The translations under genes were made by a program, and so were the position numbers. DNA of 64,000 nt, from NCBI GenBank assembly GCA_902595595.1, contig CACJQX010000003.1, positions 8,260 through 72,259 on the forward strand. Direction: 5' to 3'. Of this stretch, positions 40,021-49,103 are shown one piece after another. The DNA is from an uncultured Pelagibacteraceae bacterium (GTDB taxonomy: Bacteria > Pseudomonadota > Alphaproteobacteria > Pelagibacterales > Pelagibacteraceae). Numbering within the stretch: position 1 is the stretch's first letter; each line of letters opens with the position of its first letter. The notes below the pieces were generated by a model. The model ran no database searches. It had not been told where the DNA came from and saw nothing but the letters and a program-made list of their open reading frames with translations.

Positions 40021-40872
40021 TTACATAGAAGCGTCGAAACCAAAGTGCTTAATAGCAAGCTTGCTAATAATTCCTTGTTTTCTAGCTTTGTTAATTGCTT
40101 TATTGAAGTCTTTTAAGATTTTAGCATCTCTTTTCCCGATTGCACTATCGCTAGCTTGTCTGATACCAACACCTACACCATTACCAAATGCACCACCTGA
40201 AAAAGTTGGTCCAACTAATACAACTGGTTTACCTGATTTATCAGCATAATCTGTAAATGCTACCGCTGCAGCTAAAGCAACATCACATCTTCCAGATGTT
40301 AGATCAAGGTTAACTTCATCTTGAGTTTTGTAAGTTCTAACATTTACACTTCCTACATCACCAGATTCTAAAAAGTTTTGGTGAATTGTTCCTGTTTGAG
40401 TACAAACAGTTTTACCTGCAAGTGCTCCTGTTAATGTTTTAAGAGCTTTTTTAACATCAGATCCACCTAATGATAAATTAATACCTTCTGGTGTATCCAT
40501 TCCTTCTAAACTTGAACCTTTCATTACTGCAAGAGAAGCTACTTCATCAGCATAACCTTGTGAAAAAGTAATTGTTTTTTGTCTTTCAGCAGTAATTGAC
40601 ATTCCAGCCATTATTGCATCAAACTTTCTCATTACTAAAGCTGGTATCATACCGTCCCAGTCTTGTTCAACGATAGTACACTCATACTTCATAATTTTAC
40701 AAAGTTCTTGAGCAAGCTCGACCTCAAAACCAATAAGATTTCCTGATGCATCTTTTGAATTCCATGGTGGGTAAGCGCCTTCAGTTCCAATTTTTATTTT
40801 TTCAGCAGAAACGTTTCCAATGATAAATAAAGAAGCAAGAACTGTTAAAATAGTTTTTTTGAATATATTCAT
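40021..40872 (-). CDS. Basic amino-acid/opine ABC substrate-binding protein (ArgT/HisJ/OccT-like)
   Basis: Signal peptide; GTEGAYPPWN, DWDGMIPAL and MSITAER motifs. Confidence 0.92.
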   Translation of the reverse strand: MNIFKKTILTVLASLFIIGNVSAEKIKIGTEGAYPPWNSKDASGNLIGFEVELAQELCKIMKYECTIVEQDWDGMIPALVMRKFDAIMAGMSITAERQKTITFSQGYADEVASLAVMKGSSLEGMDTPEGINLSLGGSDVKKALKTLTGALAGKTVCTQTGTIHQNFLESGDVGSVNVRTYKTQDEVNLDLTSGRCDVALAAAVAFTDYADKSGKPVVLVGPTFSGGAFGNGVGVGIRQASDSAIGKRDAKILKDFNKAINKARKQGIISKLAIKHFGFDASM

Positions 40873-40931
40873 TATTTTCTCCTTTAATTAAGAATAATTA
40901 TTTCACAGTTTTAAAAAAGAAAAAAGAAAAA

Positions 40932-41972
40932 TTAATGATTTATTGAGGAAGAAAAATTCCAAGAACAATCAAAACTAGGTATATAAACTCTTGATAATTT
41001 TGCATTTCCAAAGTTTTGATTAAAAACATTTAACCAGTTTTCAACCTGCTGTGGTTTTTTATCCTGACTTCCTACTTGAGCAGTAATAACTCCTTTTGGT
41101 TTTAAAATTCTCACTAATGAATCCATATTCTTAGAAGCTAAATCTATGCAAAATTGATCATCATTTAGATCAACAAAAATATGATCGTAAGTATCATCAC
41201 TTATTGATTTAATACTTTCAAAAGCATCACCCCATACACATTTGACAGAATTTTTTTCTGTTGCTTTCTTTCCAATGTCTCCGAGATGTTTATTACAAAC
41301 ATCAACTACTTCAGGATCCAGTTCATACCAATCTATAAAGTTAAAATTTTTGGAAATGCATTCTCTTGCAACTCCGCCATCTCCACCTCCAATAATTGCA
41401 GCTCTTTCATTATCTTTATTTAAATTTAAACCAGAGCCTACAAACGTCGAGCTGTATAAATGCTCATCAGTTGAAGCTACTTGTATTTCACCATCAATAA
41501 ATAAAGATTTACCAAATTGCTCTAAATCTAAAATTTCTATGTGTTGACCTACTTTAGATTTAAAATCCTCTAAAACATCATTTACTACATATGATTTTTG
41601 TAAACCTGGCGAACTGTAAATGTCGTGATAAAGAGACTTAGTATCTCTATTAAATTCTTTTTTAACTATTCTTTTATGTTCAAATTCTTTTTTTATAATA
41701 TCTATCGCTACTGAGGGGTTTACTTTTCCACATGTAAAGAAATCAAAACTTATAATTCCTTTTTCTGGAAATGTATGAAAACTAATGTGACTTTCAGCTA
41801 GTAAAGCAAGAATTGTAAAACCCTGAGGTTCAAATTTATATTTAGATATGTTGAGAATTGTTACTTTTGCAGCTTTTGCAATATCATTAATTACTTTTTC
41901 AAATACTGTGGGATCGTATTCTTTAGTTGTACCAATAATGTCTAGAGTTAAGTGTTCTCCAACTTTAGTCAT
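40932..41972 (-). CDS. S-adenosylmethionine decarboxylase (SpeD) fused to spermidine synthase-like aminopropyltransferase (SpeE)
   Basis: N-terminal FEPQG..LLAESHISFHTFPE..DFFTCG; C-terminal LFIDG..Q, IIGGGDGG and ELDPEVVD. Confidence 0.9.
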   Translation of the reverse strand: MTKVGEHLTLDIIGTTKEYDPTVFEKVINDIAKAAKVTILNISKYKFEPQGFTILALLAESHISFHTFPEKGIISFDFFTCGKVNPSVAIDIIKKEFEHKRIVKKEFNRDTKSLYHDIYSSPGLQKSYVVNDVLEDFKSKVGQHIEILDLEQFGKSLFIDGEIQVASTDEHLYSSTFVGSGLNLNKDNERAAIIGGGDGGVARECISKNFNFIDWYELDPEVVDVCNKHLGDIGKKATEKNSVKCVWGDAFESIKSISDDTYDHIFVDLNDDQFCIDLASKNMDSLVRILKPKGVITAQVGSQDKKPQQVENWLNVFNQNFGNAKLSRVYIPSFDCSWNFSSSINH

Positions 41973-41975
41973 TAG

Positions 41976-42608
41976 CTATCCTCTTTTATAATTCTTTGCT
42001 TTGGATAAAACTTTTTTCATTTCATTAATTGAAAGAATCTTAGGATTACCCAATTTAAGGCTCGTTATATACTGAAGCGATATATTTTCAACCTCTTCAG
42101 CAAGTTCAAAGGCTTTTGATAAACTTTCTTCAAATGCAATCTGTCCGTGATTTGAAATTAAACAAGCTTTTCGACCCTTTAAAGCTTTCAAAATATTTTT
42201 TGACAATTCTCTTGTTCCAAATGTTGCGTATTTTGCACATTTTATGTCATGACCTCCTGCCATTGCTACCATATAATGAAACGACGGAATTCCTCTCTTG
42301 TGAGTAGAAACTGCTGTAGCGAATGTTGAGTGTGCGTGAACAATTGCTTTTGCGTCTTTTTTTTTTCTGTAAATATCTTGATGAAATTTCCATTCTGATG
42401 ATGGTACACCTTTTTTTTTATTAAATTTTCCATCTGATGAAACAAAAACTATGTCTTTATTTTTAAGAGAAGAATACTTCTTACCTGATGGAGTAATTAA
42501 AAAACCATCCTTATATCTTGCTGATATGTTACCAGATCTTAAAGCAGACAAATTCTTGCTATTAAGCATTTTTGAAAATTTGATAATTTCAGCCTTTATT
42601 TTACTCAT
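41976..42608 (-). CDS. Class II aldolase (FucA-like), probable methylthio-/deoxy-ribulose-1-phosphate aldolase
   Basis: SGNIS, ITPSG, PSSEWKFH, VHAHS and NHG motifs; clustered with mtnA and mtnP. Confidence 0.85.
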   Translation of the reverse strand: MSKIKAEIIKFSKMLNSKNLSALRSGNISARYKDGFLITPSGKKYSSLKNKDIVFVSSDGKFNKKKGVPSSEWKFHQDIYRKKKDAKAIVHAHSTFATAVSTHKRGIPSFHYMVAMAGGHDIKCAKYATFGTRELSKNILKALKGRKACLISNHGQIAFEESLSKAFELAEEVENISLQYITSLKLGNPKILSINEMKKVLSKAKNYKRG

Positions 42609-42661
42609 AAATAATTGCTTGCTTTTAACTTAATTTAAGATCAGACTACATATAATTTAAA

Positions 42662-44023
42662 ATGACTGATACTATAAAATATTTCCTAGAAGAGAGCAAA
42701 ATGCCTAAGACATGGTATAATATTGCTGCAGATCTTCCAAAACCGCTTGATCCAGTTTTGCATCCAGGTACTTTAAAACCAATAGGACCAGATGATTTAG
42801 CTCCTTTATTTCCTATGGCTTTAATTGGTCAAGAAGTTTCTCAGGATAGAGAAATTGAAATTCCTGAGCCAGTAAGAGATATTTATAAACAATGGAGACC
42901 ATCCCCACTTTATAGAGCTAGAAAATTAGAAAAATTTTTAGATACACCAGCAAAAATTTATTATAAGTACGAAGGAGTGAGTCCATCCGGAAGTCACAAA
43001 CCTAATACTGCAGTTGCACAAGCATTTTATAATAAAGAAGAAGGAACAAAAAAAATAACTACAGAAACAGGTGCAGGTCAATGGGGAACTTCTTTAGCGT
43101 TTGCATGTAAATTGTTTGGGATAGAATTAGATGTTTATATGGTTAAAGTTAGTTTTGAACAAAAACCATATAGAAAGCTTGTAATGCAGACATATGGAGC
43201 AAGATGTGTTGCAAGTCCATCAGATGAGACAGATAGTGGAAAAGCTATATTAGCAAAAGATCCAAAAAATACTGGTAGCTTGGGTATAGCTATTTCTGAA
43301 GCCGTCGAGATGGCAGCAAAAAACCCTGATACAAAGTATGCACTTGGTAGTGTATTAAACCATGTTCTTATGCATCAAACGATTGTTGGTAATGAAGCTT
43401 TGCTTCAAATGGAGATGGCCGATGATTATCCAGATATTTTAGTTGGTTGTACTGGTGGCGGAAGTAACTTTTCAGGATTAGTTTTTCCTTTCATTGGTAA
43501 AAATTTTAGAGAAGGAAAAAATACTAGAGTAATTGCTTGTGAGCCAAAATCTTGTCCTTCACTAACAAAAGGTAAATTTGTTTATGATTTTGGTGATACT
43601 GGAAGGTTAACGCCATTAATGAAAACACATACTTTAGGCTCTCAATTTATTCCACCAGCAACACACTCAGGTGGATTGAGATATCACGCTATGGCACCAA
43701 TGGTGAGTCATCTTAAAGAAATTGGTGCTATAGAAGCAAAAGCTTATGGTCAAAAAGAATGTTTTGAGGCCGGAGTGTCATTTGCAAGAACTGAGGGAAT
43801 AGTTCCTGCTCCTGAAGCAACTCATGCTGTTAAAGGTGCAGTAGATGCAGCATTAGAATGTAAAAAGAACGGTGAGGCTAAATCAATTCTATTTAATCTT
43901 TGTGGACATGGTCATTTTGACATGAAAGCTTATGGAGATTTCTTTGAAGGAAATTTAGCGGAAGATAAATTTGATCAGGCTAGTGTAGACAAGGCATTAG
44001 AGGAACTTCCAAAAATTGCTTAA
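42662..44023 (+). CDS. trpB2: TrpB2-type tryptophan synthase beta-like PLP enzyme
   Basis: N-terminal extension PKTWYNI, SGSHKPNTA, TETGAGQWG, GGGSNF, GGLRYH and NLCGHG motifs; 453 aa; no trpA adjacent. Confidence 0.93.
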   Translation: MTDTIKYFLEESKMPKTWYNIAADLPKPLDPVLHPGTLKPIGPDDLAPLFPMALIGQEVSQDREIEIPEPVRDIYKQWRPSPLYRARKLEKFLDTPAKIYYKYEGVSPSGSHKPNTAVAQAFYNKEEGTKKITTETGAGQWGTSLAFACKLFGIELDVYMVKVSFEQKPYRKLVMQTYGARCVASPSDETDSGKAILAKDPKNTGSLGIAISEAVEMAAKNPDTKYALGSVLNHVLMHQTIVGNEALLQMEMADDYPDILVGCTGGGSNFSGLVFPFIGKNFREGKNTRVIACEPKSCPSLTKGKFVYDFGDTGRLTPLMKTHTLGSQFIPPATHSGGLRYHAMAPMVSHLKEIGAIEAKAYGQKECFEAGVSFARTEGIVPAPEATHAVKGAVDAALECKKNGEAKSILFNLCGHGHFDMKAYGDFFEGNLAEDKFDQASVDKALEELPKIA

Positions 44024-44031
44024 TATAAAAA

Positions 44032-45135
44032 TTGAGTCTCATTAAACCATTTAGCGGAATAAGACCTAAAAAAAAATTTGCAAAAAGAATTACATCTCCT
44101 AACGTCAGTTATATTGATAATTATAAACCAAATAAAGAATTAAATTTTCTTAATTTATTAAATTCTTCTAATATAAATAAATCAAAAAAAATGCTTAGTG
44201 CTCTTAAAGAGAGAGGCATTATTCAAAAAGATCAATCTAATCATTTCTATTTATATAGAATTACTCACAGTAAGAAAAAATTACTTGGAATTGTTGGAAA
44301 AATAAATTTAGAAAATTATGATGATAAAAAAATATTAGGTCACGAGGAAACTTTTGTTGAAAGGATAAGAAAAAGAAAAGAGCAATTATTAAAATTTAAC
44401 AGTCAAATAAGCCCTATTTATACAACATATAAAACTACTCCCAATTCTTTAAAAAAGTTAAATCGTATTTTTAAACACAAGCCAGATTATAATTTTATAT
44501 CTAAAGACAAATGCAGGCATGAACTTTGGGTTGTTAAAAAGAACAAAATAGAAAAATTACTTGGAACTTATCTTAAAAGTATAAATAAAATATATATATG
44601 TGATGGACATCATCGAATTCAAGCAATGCTCAAGAGTAAAAAGAAAATTGCTCCTATGATAATTGCTTTTCCTTATAAACAAGTAAATATACTGGATTAC
44701 AATAGAGTAATAAAAACTCATTTGAAATTTGATAAAATTAAGAAAATAATTTTAAAACATTTTTCTTTAAATATTTCTAAAAAAAATAAAGTACTAAAGC
44801 CAAATCAAATTGAAATGTATACGAATAAGAAGTGGTATACTCTTCAACCATTTAAACAATCAAAAGAATTGGATGTAACAATATTAAGGAAATTAATATT
44901 AAATAAAATCTTGAAAAGTAAAAAAAATATAAAATTCGTGTCAGGTTTTAAAGGTAAAAAAGCTTTAGAAAAATTTGTAAACTCTAAAAAATATAATTTA
45001 GCATTTAAGTTATATCCAACTAATATTTCGCAAGTTTTATCTTTTGCTGAAAAGAAAAAATTTATGCCACAAAAATCTACATGGTTTCACCCAAAACCAC
45101 TCGATGGATTGATTTCTTCTAATATTATTTCTTAA
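44032..45135 (+). CDS. DUF1015 family protein
   Basis: IKPFSGIRP, HEET, YICDGHHR, ILDYNR and MPQKSTWFHPKPLDGL motifs; TTG start 8 bp after trpB2. Confidence 0.85.
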   Translation: MSLIKPFSGIRPKKKFAKRITSPNVSYIDNYKPNKELNFLNLLNSSNINKSKKMLSALKERGIIQKDQSNHFYLYRITHSKKKLLGIVGKINLENYDDKKILGHEETFVERIRKRKEQLLKFNSQISPIYTTYKTTPNSLKKLNRIFKHKPDYNFISKDKCRHELWVVKKNKIEKLLGTYLKSINKIYICDGHHRIQAMLKSKKKIAPMIIAFPYKQVNILDYNRVIKTHLKFDKIKKIILKHFSLNISKKNKVLKPNQIEMYTNKKWYTLQPFKQSKELDVTILRKLILNKILKSKKNIKFVSGFKGKKALEKFVNSKKYNLAFKLYPTNISQVLSFAEKKKFMPQKSTWFHPKPLDGLISSNIIS

Positions 45136-46198
45136 ATAATTCTTTTAAACCATCGGATGAGGCATCCGAAATCCCTCTTTCTGTAATCAAACCTGTTACA
45201 TATTTTGCAGGCGTAACATCAAAAGCTAAATTCTTTGCCTTACTTTTGTTAGGGTAGATTAAAACTTTTTTAATTTCATTATTCTCATCCATACCCTCAA
45301 CATACGATAATTCTTCTGAGTTTCTTTCTTCAATAGGAATATCTTTTGCATCTTTAATATCCCAATCGATTGTTGAGCTTGGAAGGGCCACATAAAAAGG
45401 AACATTATTATCATTGGCAGCTAATGCTTTAAGATAAGTTCCAATTTTATTACAAACATCTCCATTAGATAAAGTTCTGTCAGTTCCAACAATACACATA
45501 TCAACCTCACCTCTTTGCATTAAAATTCCACCAGTGTTGTCAGCAATTATTGTGTTTGGAACTTCTTCCTCATTTAATTCATATGAAGTTAAATTTGCAC
45601 CTTGGTTTCTTGGTCTTGTTTCGTCTACCCACACATGAACTGGAATTCCTTTTTTATGAGCATGATATATAGGTGAAGTTGCTGTACCCCAATTAATAGT
45701 TGCTAACCAACCTGCATTACAATGTGTTAATATGTTTACTGTATCTTTCTTTTTATTATAAATTTCTTCAATTATTTTTAATCCATTAATACCAATATTT
45801 TCACAAAACTTTTCATCTTCATCACATATTTCTTTTGCCTCATTTAAAGCTATTCTTAATATTTGATCGCTGTTAATTCCTGTTAATTTTTTTATCATTC
45901 GGTCTACGGCCCACTTTAAATTAATAGCAGTAGGTCTTGATTGAATTAATTCTTTTGCACTTTTTTTTATAAATTCTGAATTATTATTTTCTTGAACTGC
46001 CAAAGCTATACCATAAGCAGCCGTTCCTCCTATTAAAGGTGCTCCTCTTACCTCCATTACTTTAATAGCATTGATTGCATCATTTACTGTCTTTAGTTCT
46101 TTAATAATAAATTGATGTGGAAGTTTTGTTTGATCAATTATTTTAACAATATTTCCTTCATACCATATTGTTCGATATTCTTTTCCTTGGATTTTCAT
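45125..46198 (-). CDS. mtnA: S-methyl-5-thioribose-1-phosphate isomerase
   Basis: IDQTKLP, VRGAPLIG, THCNAGWLAT, ETRP and FDVTP motifs. Confidence 0.96.
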   Translation of the reverse strand: MKIQGKEYRTIWYEGNIVKIIDQTKLPHQFIIKELKTVNDAINAIKVMEVRGAPLIGGTAAYGIALAVQENNNSEFIKKSAKELIQSRPTAINLKWAVDRMIKKLTGINSDQILRIALNEAKEICDEDEKFCENIGINGLKIIEEIYNKKKDTVNILTHCNAGWLATINWGTATSPIYHAHKKGIPVHVWVDETRPRNQGANLTSYELNEEEVPNTIIADNTGGILMQRGEVDMCIVGTDRTLSNGDVCNKIGTYLKALAANDNNVPFYVALPSSTIDWDIKDAKDIPIEERNSEELSYVEGMDENNEIKKVLIYPNKSKAKNLAFDVTPAKYVTGLITERGISDASSDGLKELFKK

Positions 46199-47094
46199 TA
46201 AAATAATTTTCCCAAATAATTAACTAAATCTTTTTCTTTTTTTTCTTCATCAGCATAACATTTTGTTAAAGCTAAACCATGATATCCACCAAGAGTAGTT
46301 TTTTTTTTACATTTTGAATCTGAAATATTTACAAATTCAACATTATTTGATTTTTTAAGTAATGAATAATCATTGGGACTATTGTAATTATCTTTATCGT
46401 GAGTAATTATTATTGCGTTCAATTTAGTAAAATCTCCAAATCCATAGTATCTAATATCTTCCCACCACGGCCATTCTTTTCTATTTTTCACTGTTCCTCC
46501 AGCACCTGGGTGAAGACCAATTACACCATTAATTAAATTATCATTATTTGATTGTATTTTTAAAGATTGCCAACCACCTGACGAATGACCAGCTAAGATA
46601 ATATTTTTAAACCCACTATCTGCAAACTTATAAATTGTATTTTCAATTACTTTTAATTTTCGATTTTGCTTTTGATTGTTTATTAAAAATTTACCCTTAC
46701 TATCCTTCAAACTTAAGTTTCCTGTTTTTTCATGATGTTTCCACATTTTATCTTGTTCTGATTTTGACCAGCCTCTAACACCTGAACAAAGTCTATAAAT
46801 TTTAACTTCAAAATTATTTATCTTTTTATTGTGTAAATTTCTAATAACCTGAGGCACTAAATTCCATTTACTCAAGCATTTATCTAATTTTTGATCACCC
46901 ATTGCTCCATGTGTATAAATTACCAATATTGTATTTTCTTTATTATCAATTTTATCTACAGAGTAAATTTTACCTGCGTTATCAATAAACGCACTATCTT
47001 TTGAAATTTTTTTTAAATCCTTTTCAAATTTTTTATCAGCAAGTGTATTTGTGTTAATTAATAAAAAAATAATTAATATTAATATTTGTCTCAT
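46198..47094 (-). CDS. Secreted alpha/beta-hydrolase-fold hypothetical protein
   Basis: Signal peptide, YTHG, GHSSGG nucleophile elbow, candidate Asp (HDKD) and His (GYHG). Confidence 0.65.
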   Translation of the reverse strand: MRQILILIIFLLINTNTLADKKFEKDLKKISKDSAFIDNAGKIYSVDKIDNKENTILVIYTHGAMGDQKLDKCLSKWNLVPQVIRNLHNKKINNFEVKIYRLCSGVRGWSKSEQDKMWKHHEKTGNLSLKDSKGKFLINNQKQNRKLKVIENTIYKFADSGFKNIILAGHSSGGWQSLKIQSNNDNLINGVIGLHPGAGGTVKNRKEWPWWEDIRYYGFGDFTKLNAIIITHDKDNYNSPNDYSLLKKSNNVEFVNISDSKCKKKTTLGGYHGLALTKCYADEEKKEKDLVNYLGKLF

Positions 47095-47966
47095 TTTTTT
47101 AAAAGTATCCTACCTGCTACTGTCTTGAGTTTCTCAATTGTTTTTTTTGTTCTTTTCTCAGGTGCTGTTATTATTGCTACATCTAAACAATTATTTGTTG
47201 GGTCATTTGGATCAATATGATCTTCAAAATTATCAATTAAATTTTTTATCATAACTTTTGCTTTTTCAGCGTTACCTAACAAAACTTTGATAACTTGTTG
47301 AACATCAACATTTTCATGATCTGGATGCCAACAATCAAAATCTGTTACCATAGAAACTGATGCATATCTTATTTCAGCTTCTCTTGCTAATTTTGCCTCT
47401 GGCATATTAGTCATGCCAATAACGTCTGCTTTCCATGATCTATATAAATTAGATTCTGCTAATGTAGAAAACTGTGGTCCTTCCATAACTAAGTAAATTC
47501 CATTTCTTTGATAATCTATATTAGATTTTTTAATTGCATCCTCGCAAGCATTCATTAAACCATTAGAAGTAGGATGAGCCATTGATACATGGGCAACAAT
47601 CTCATCATCAAAAAAAGTTTTTGCTCTTGCAAATGTTCTATCAATAAATTGATCAACAATTACAAATTTTCCTGGGGGAAGATCTTCTTTTAAAGAACCA
47701 ACCGCCGAAACTGAAACAATATCTGTAACTCCAAGTTGTTTAAGTGCATCTATATTTGCTCTAAAATTTATATTTGAAGGAGAAACAAAATGTCCTCTCC
47801 CGTGTCTTGGTAAAAAATAAACTTCCTTACTGTTATATTTAGTTTTTAAAATCTGATCAGAAGGTTTGCCCCAGGGTGTTTGTAAATCAAGTAACTCTCT
47901 TTCTTTGAATTCCTCAACATCATAAAGACCACTACCACCAATTATTGCTAATTTATTTGTTGTCAT
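47091..47966 (-). CDS. mtnP: S-methyl-5'-thioadenosine phosphorylase
   Basis: IIGGSG, PRHG, EGPQFST.AES, GMTNMPEAKLAREA and VTDFDCW motifs. Confidence 0.95.
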   Translation of the reverse strand: MTTNKLAIIGGSGLYDVEEFKERELLDLQTPWGKPSDQILKTKYNSKEVYFLPRHGRGHFVSPSNINFRANIDALKQLGVTDIVSVSAVGSLKEDLPPGKFVIVDQFIDRTFARAKTFFDDEIVAHVSMAHPTSNGLMNACEDAIKKSNIDYQRNGIYLVMEGPQFSTLAESNLYRSWKADVIGMTNMPEAKLAREAEIRYASVSMVTDFDCWHPDHENVDVQQVIKVLLGNAEKAKVMIKNLIDNFEDHIDPNDPTNNCLDVAIITAPEKRTKKTIEKLKTVAGRILLKK

Positions 47967-48007
47967 AGTTAAAAATTTATTTATTTATACTTTTAAATTT
48001 AACAATT

Positions 48008-48535
48008 ATGAATTTAAAAGATTACATTAGATCCATACCTGATTATCCAAAAAAGGGTATTTTATTTAGAGATATAACAACGCTAATTAAAGATGAAAAT
48101 GCTTTTGAAGAAACGATTAATCAAATCATTGATAGGTCAAAAAAATACAATTTTACAAAAATTGCAGCTATAGAGTCCAGGGGTTTTGTATTTGCTTCTG
48201 CTGTTTCCTATATTCTTAAAAAACCTTTTATAATGCTTAGAAAAAAAAATAAACTACCTGCAGAAGTTCATTCTATTGATTTTGAATTAGAGTATGGAAC
48301 TGCTACTATTGAAGTTCACAAAGACTCTATTAACGAAAATGATAGCGTTTTAATTATTGACGATTTAATTGCTACAGGTGGAACTGCTGAAGCTGCAGCA
48401 AAATTAATTGAAATTTCTAAAGGTAACGTAGCAGCTTTTGTTTTTGTAATTAATTTATTTGATTTAGGTGGTTCTGATAATCTTATTAAAAAAAATTATA
48501 GAGTTGAAAATTTAATCGATTTTCCTGGTCATTAA
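48008..48535 (+). CDS. apt: Adenine phosphoribosyltransferase
   Basis: PDYPKKGILFRDIT, ESRGF, LEYG and IIDDLIATGGT motifs. Confidence 0.96.
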   Translation: MNLKDYIRSIPDYPKKGILFRDITTLIKDENAFEETINQIIDRSKKYNFTKIAAIESRGFVFASAVSYILKKPFIMLRKKNKLPAEVHSIDFELEYGTATIEVHKDSINENDSVLIIDDLIATGGTAEAAAKLIEISKGNVAAFVFVINLFDLGGSDNLIKKNYRVENLIDFPGH

Positions 48536-48539
48536 AAAT

Positions 48540-49103
48540 TTACCAAGATGAATTTGGACCTTTTAAAAATTCTAGTTCTTCTTCAGTAGATTCTCTTCCT
48601 AAAATTTCATTTCTGTGTGGATATCTATGAAATTGTCTAATTGCTTTTGTGTGATCTTGCCAAAATTTTTTTATTTCATTGTATCCTTCGTGTTCTCTTA
48701 AATATTTTTTCAATAAGTAATAAGCCATTTCATGATCGCTGATTTCCTCGCTATGAATTAAAGGTAACAACATAAAAAATCTTTGATTTACATTCATAGC
48801 TTCTAAATAACCTGAATAAACCGCATCATTTACAATCAATCTAGTTTTTTGATCTTGAGCAAAAGCTTTTTTGTCATTTCTAAACATATTTCTTGAAAAC
48901 TGATCAAATAAAATAACTAAAGCTAGACAACTCATGGGGTTATCTTGCCAATCATCATATTCATTTTGACATGCTAATTCATAGTCTTTTAAGAAATTAT
49001 CTTTTATTTTTTTATCAAACTTTTCATCTTTTTTGAAACGCATTTCAGAAGGGGTTTCTTTAAACCAGAAATCTAGAATTGCTTGTGCTCTTTCTGGTAT
49101 CAT
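48540..49103 (-). CDS. DUF924 family protein
   Basis: ILDFWF, DQFSRNMFR, LIHSE and RYPHRNEILGREST motifs. Confidence 0.9.
   Translation of the reverse strand: MIPERAQAILDFWFKETPSEMRFKKDEKFDKKIKDNFLKDYELACQNEYDDWQDNPMSCLALVILFDQFSRNMFRNDKKAFAQDQKTRLIVNDAVYSGYLEAMNVNQRFFMLLPLIHSEEISDHEMAYYLLKKYLREHEGYNEIKKFWQDHTKAIRQFHRYPHRNEILGRESTEEELEFLKGPNSSW

Noticed and set aside
41976-42608. Annotation as mtnB or fucA
   Set aside because: The motifs are FucA/Ald2-like, there are no fucose kinase or isomerase genes and no mtnC/mtnD nearby, so a DHAP-shunt aldolase fits better; symbol left blank
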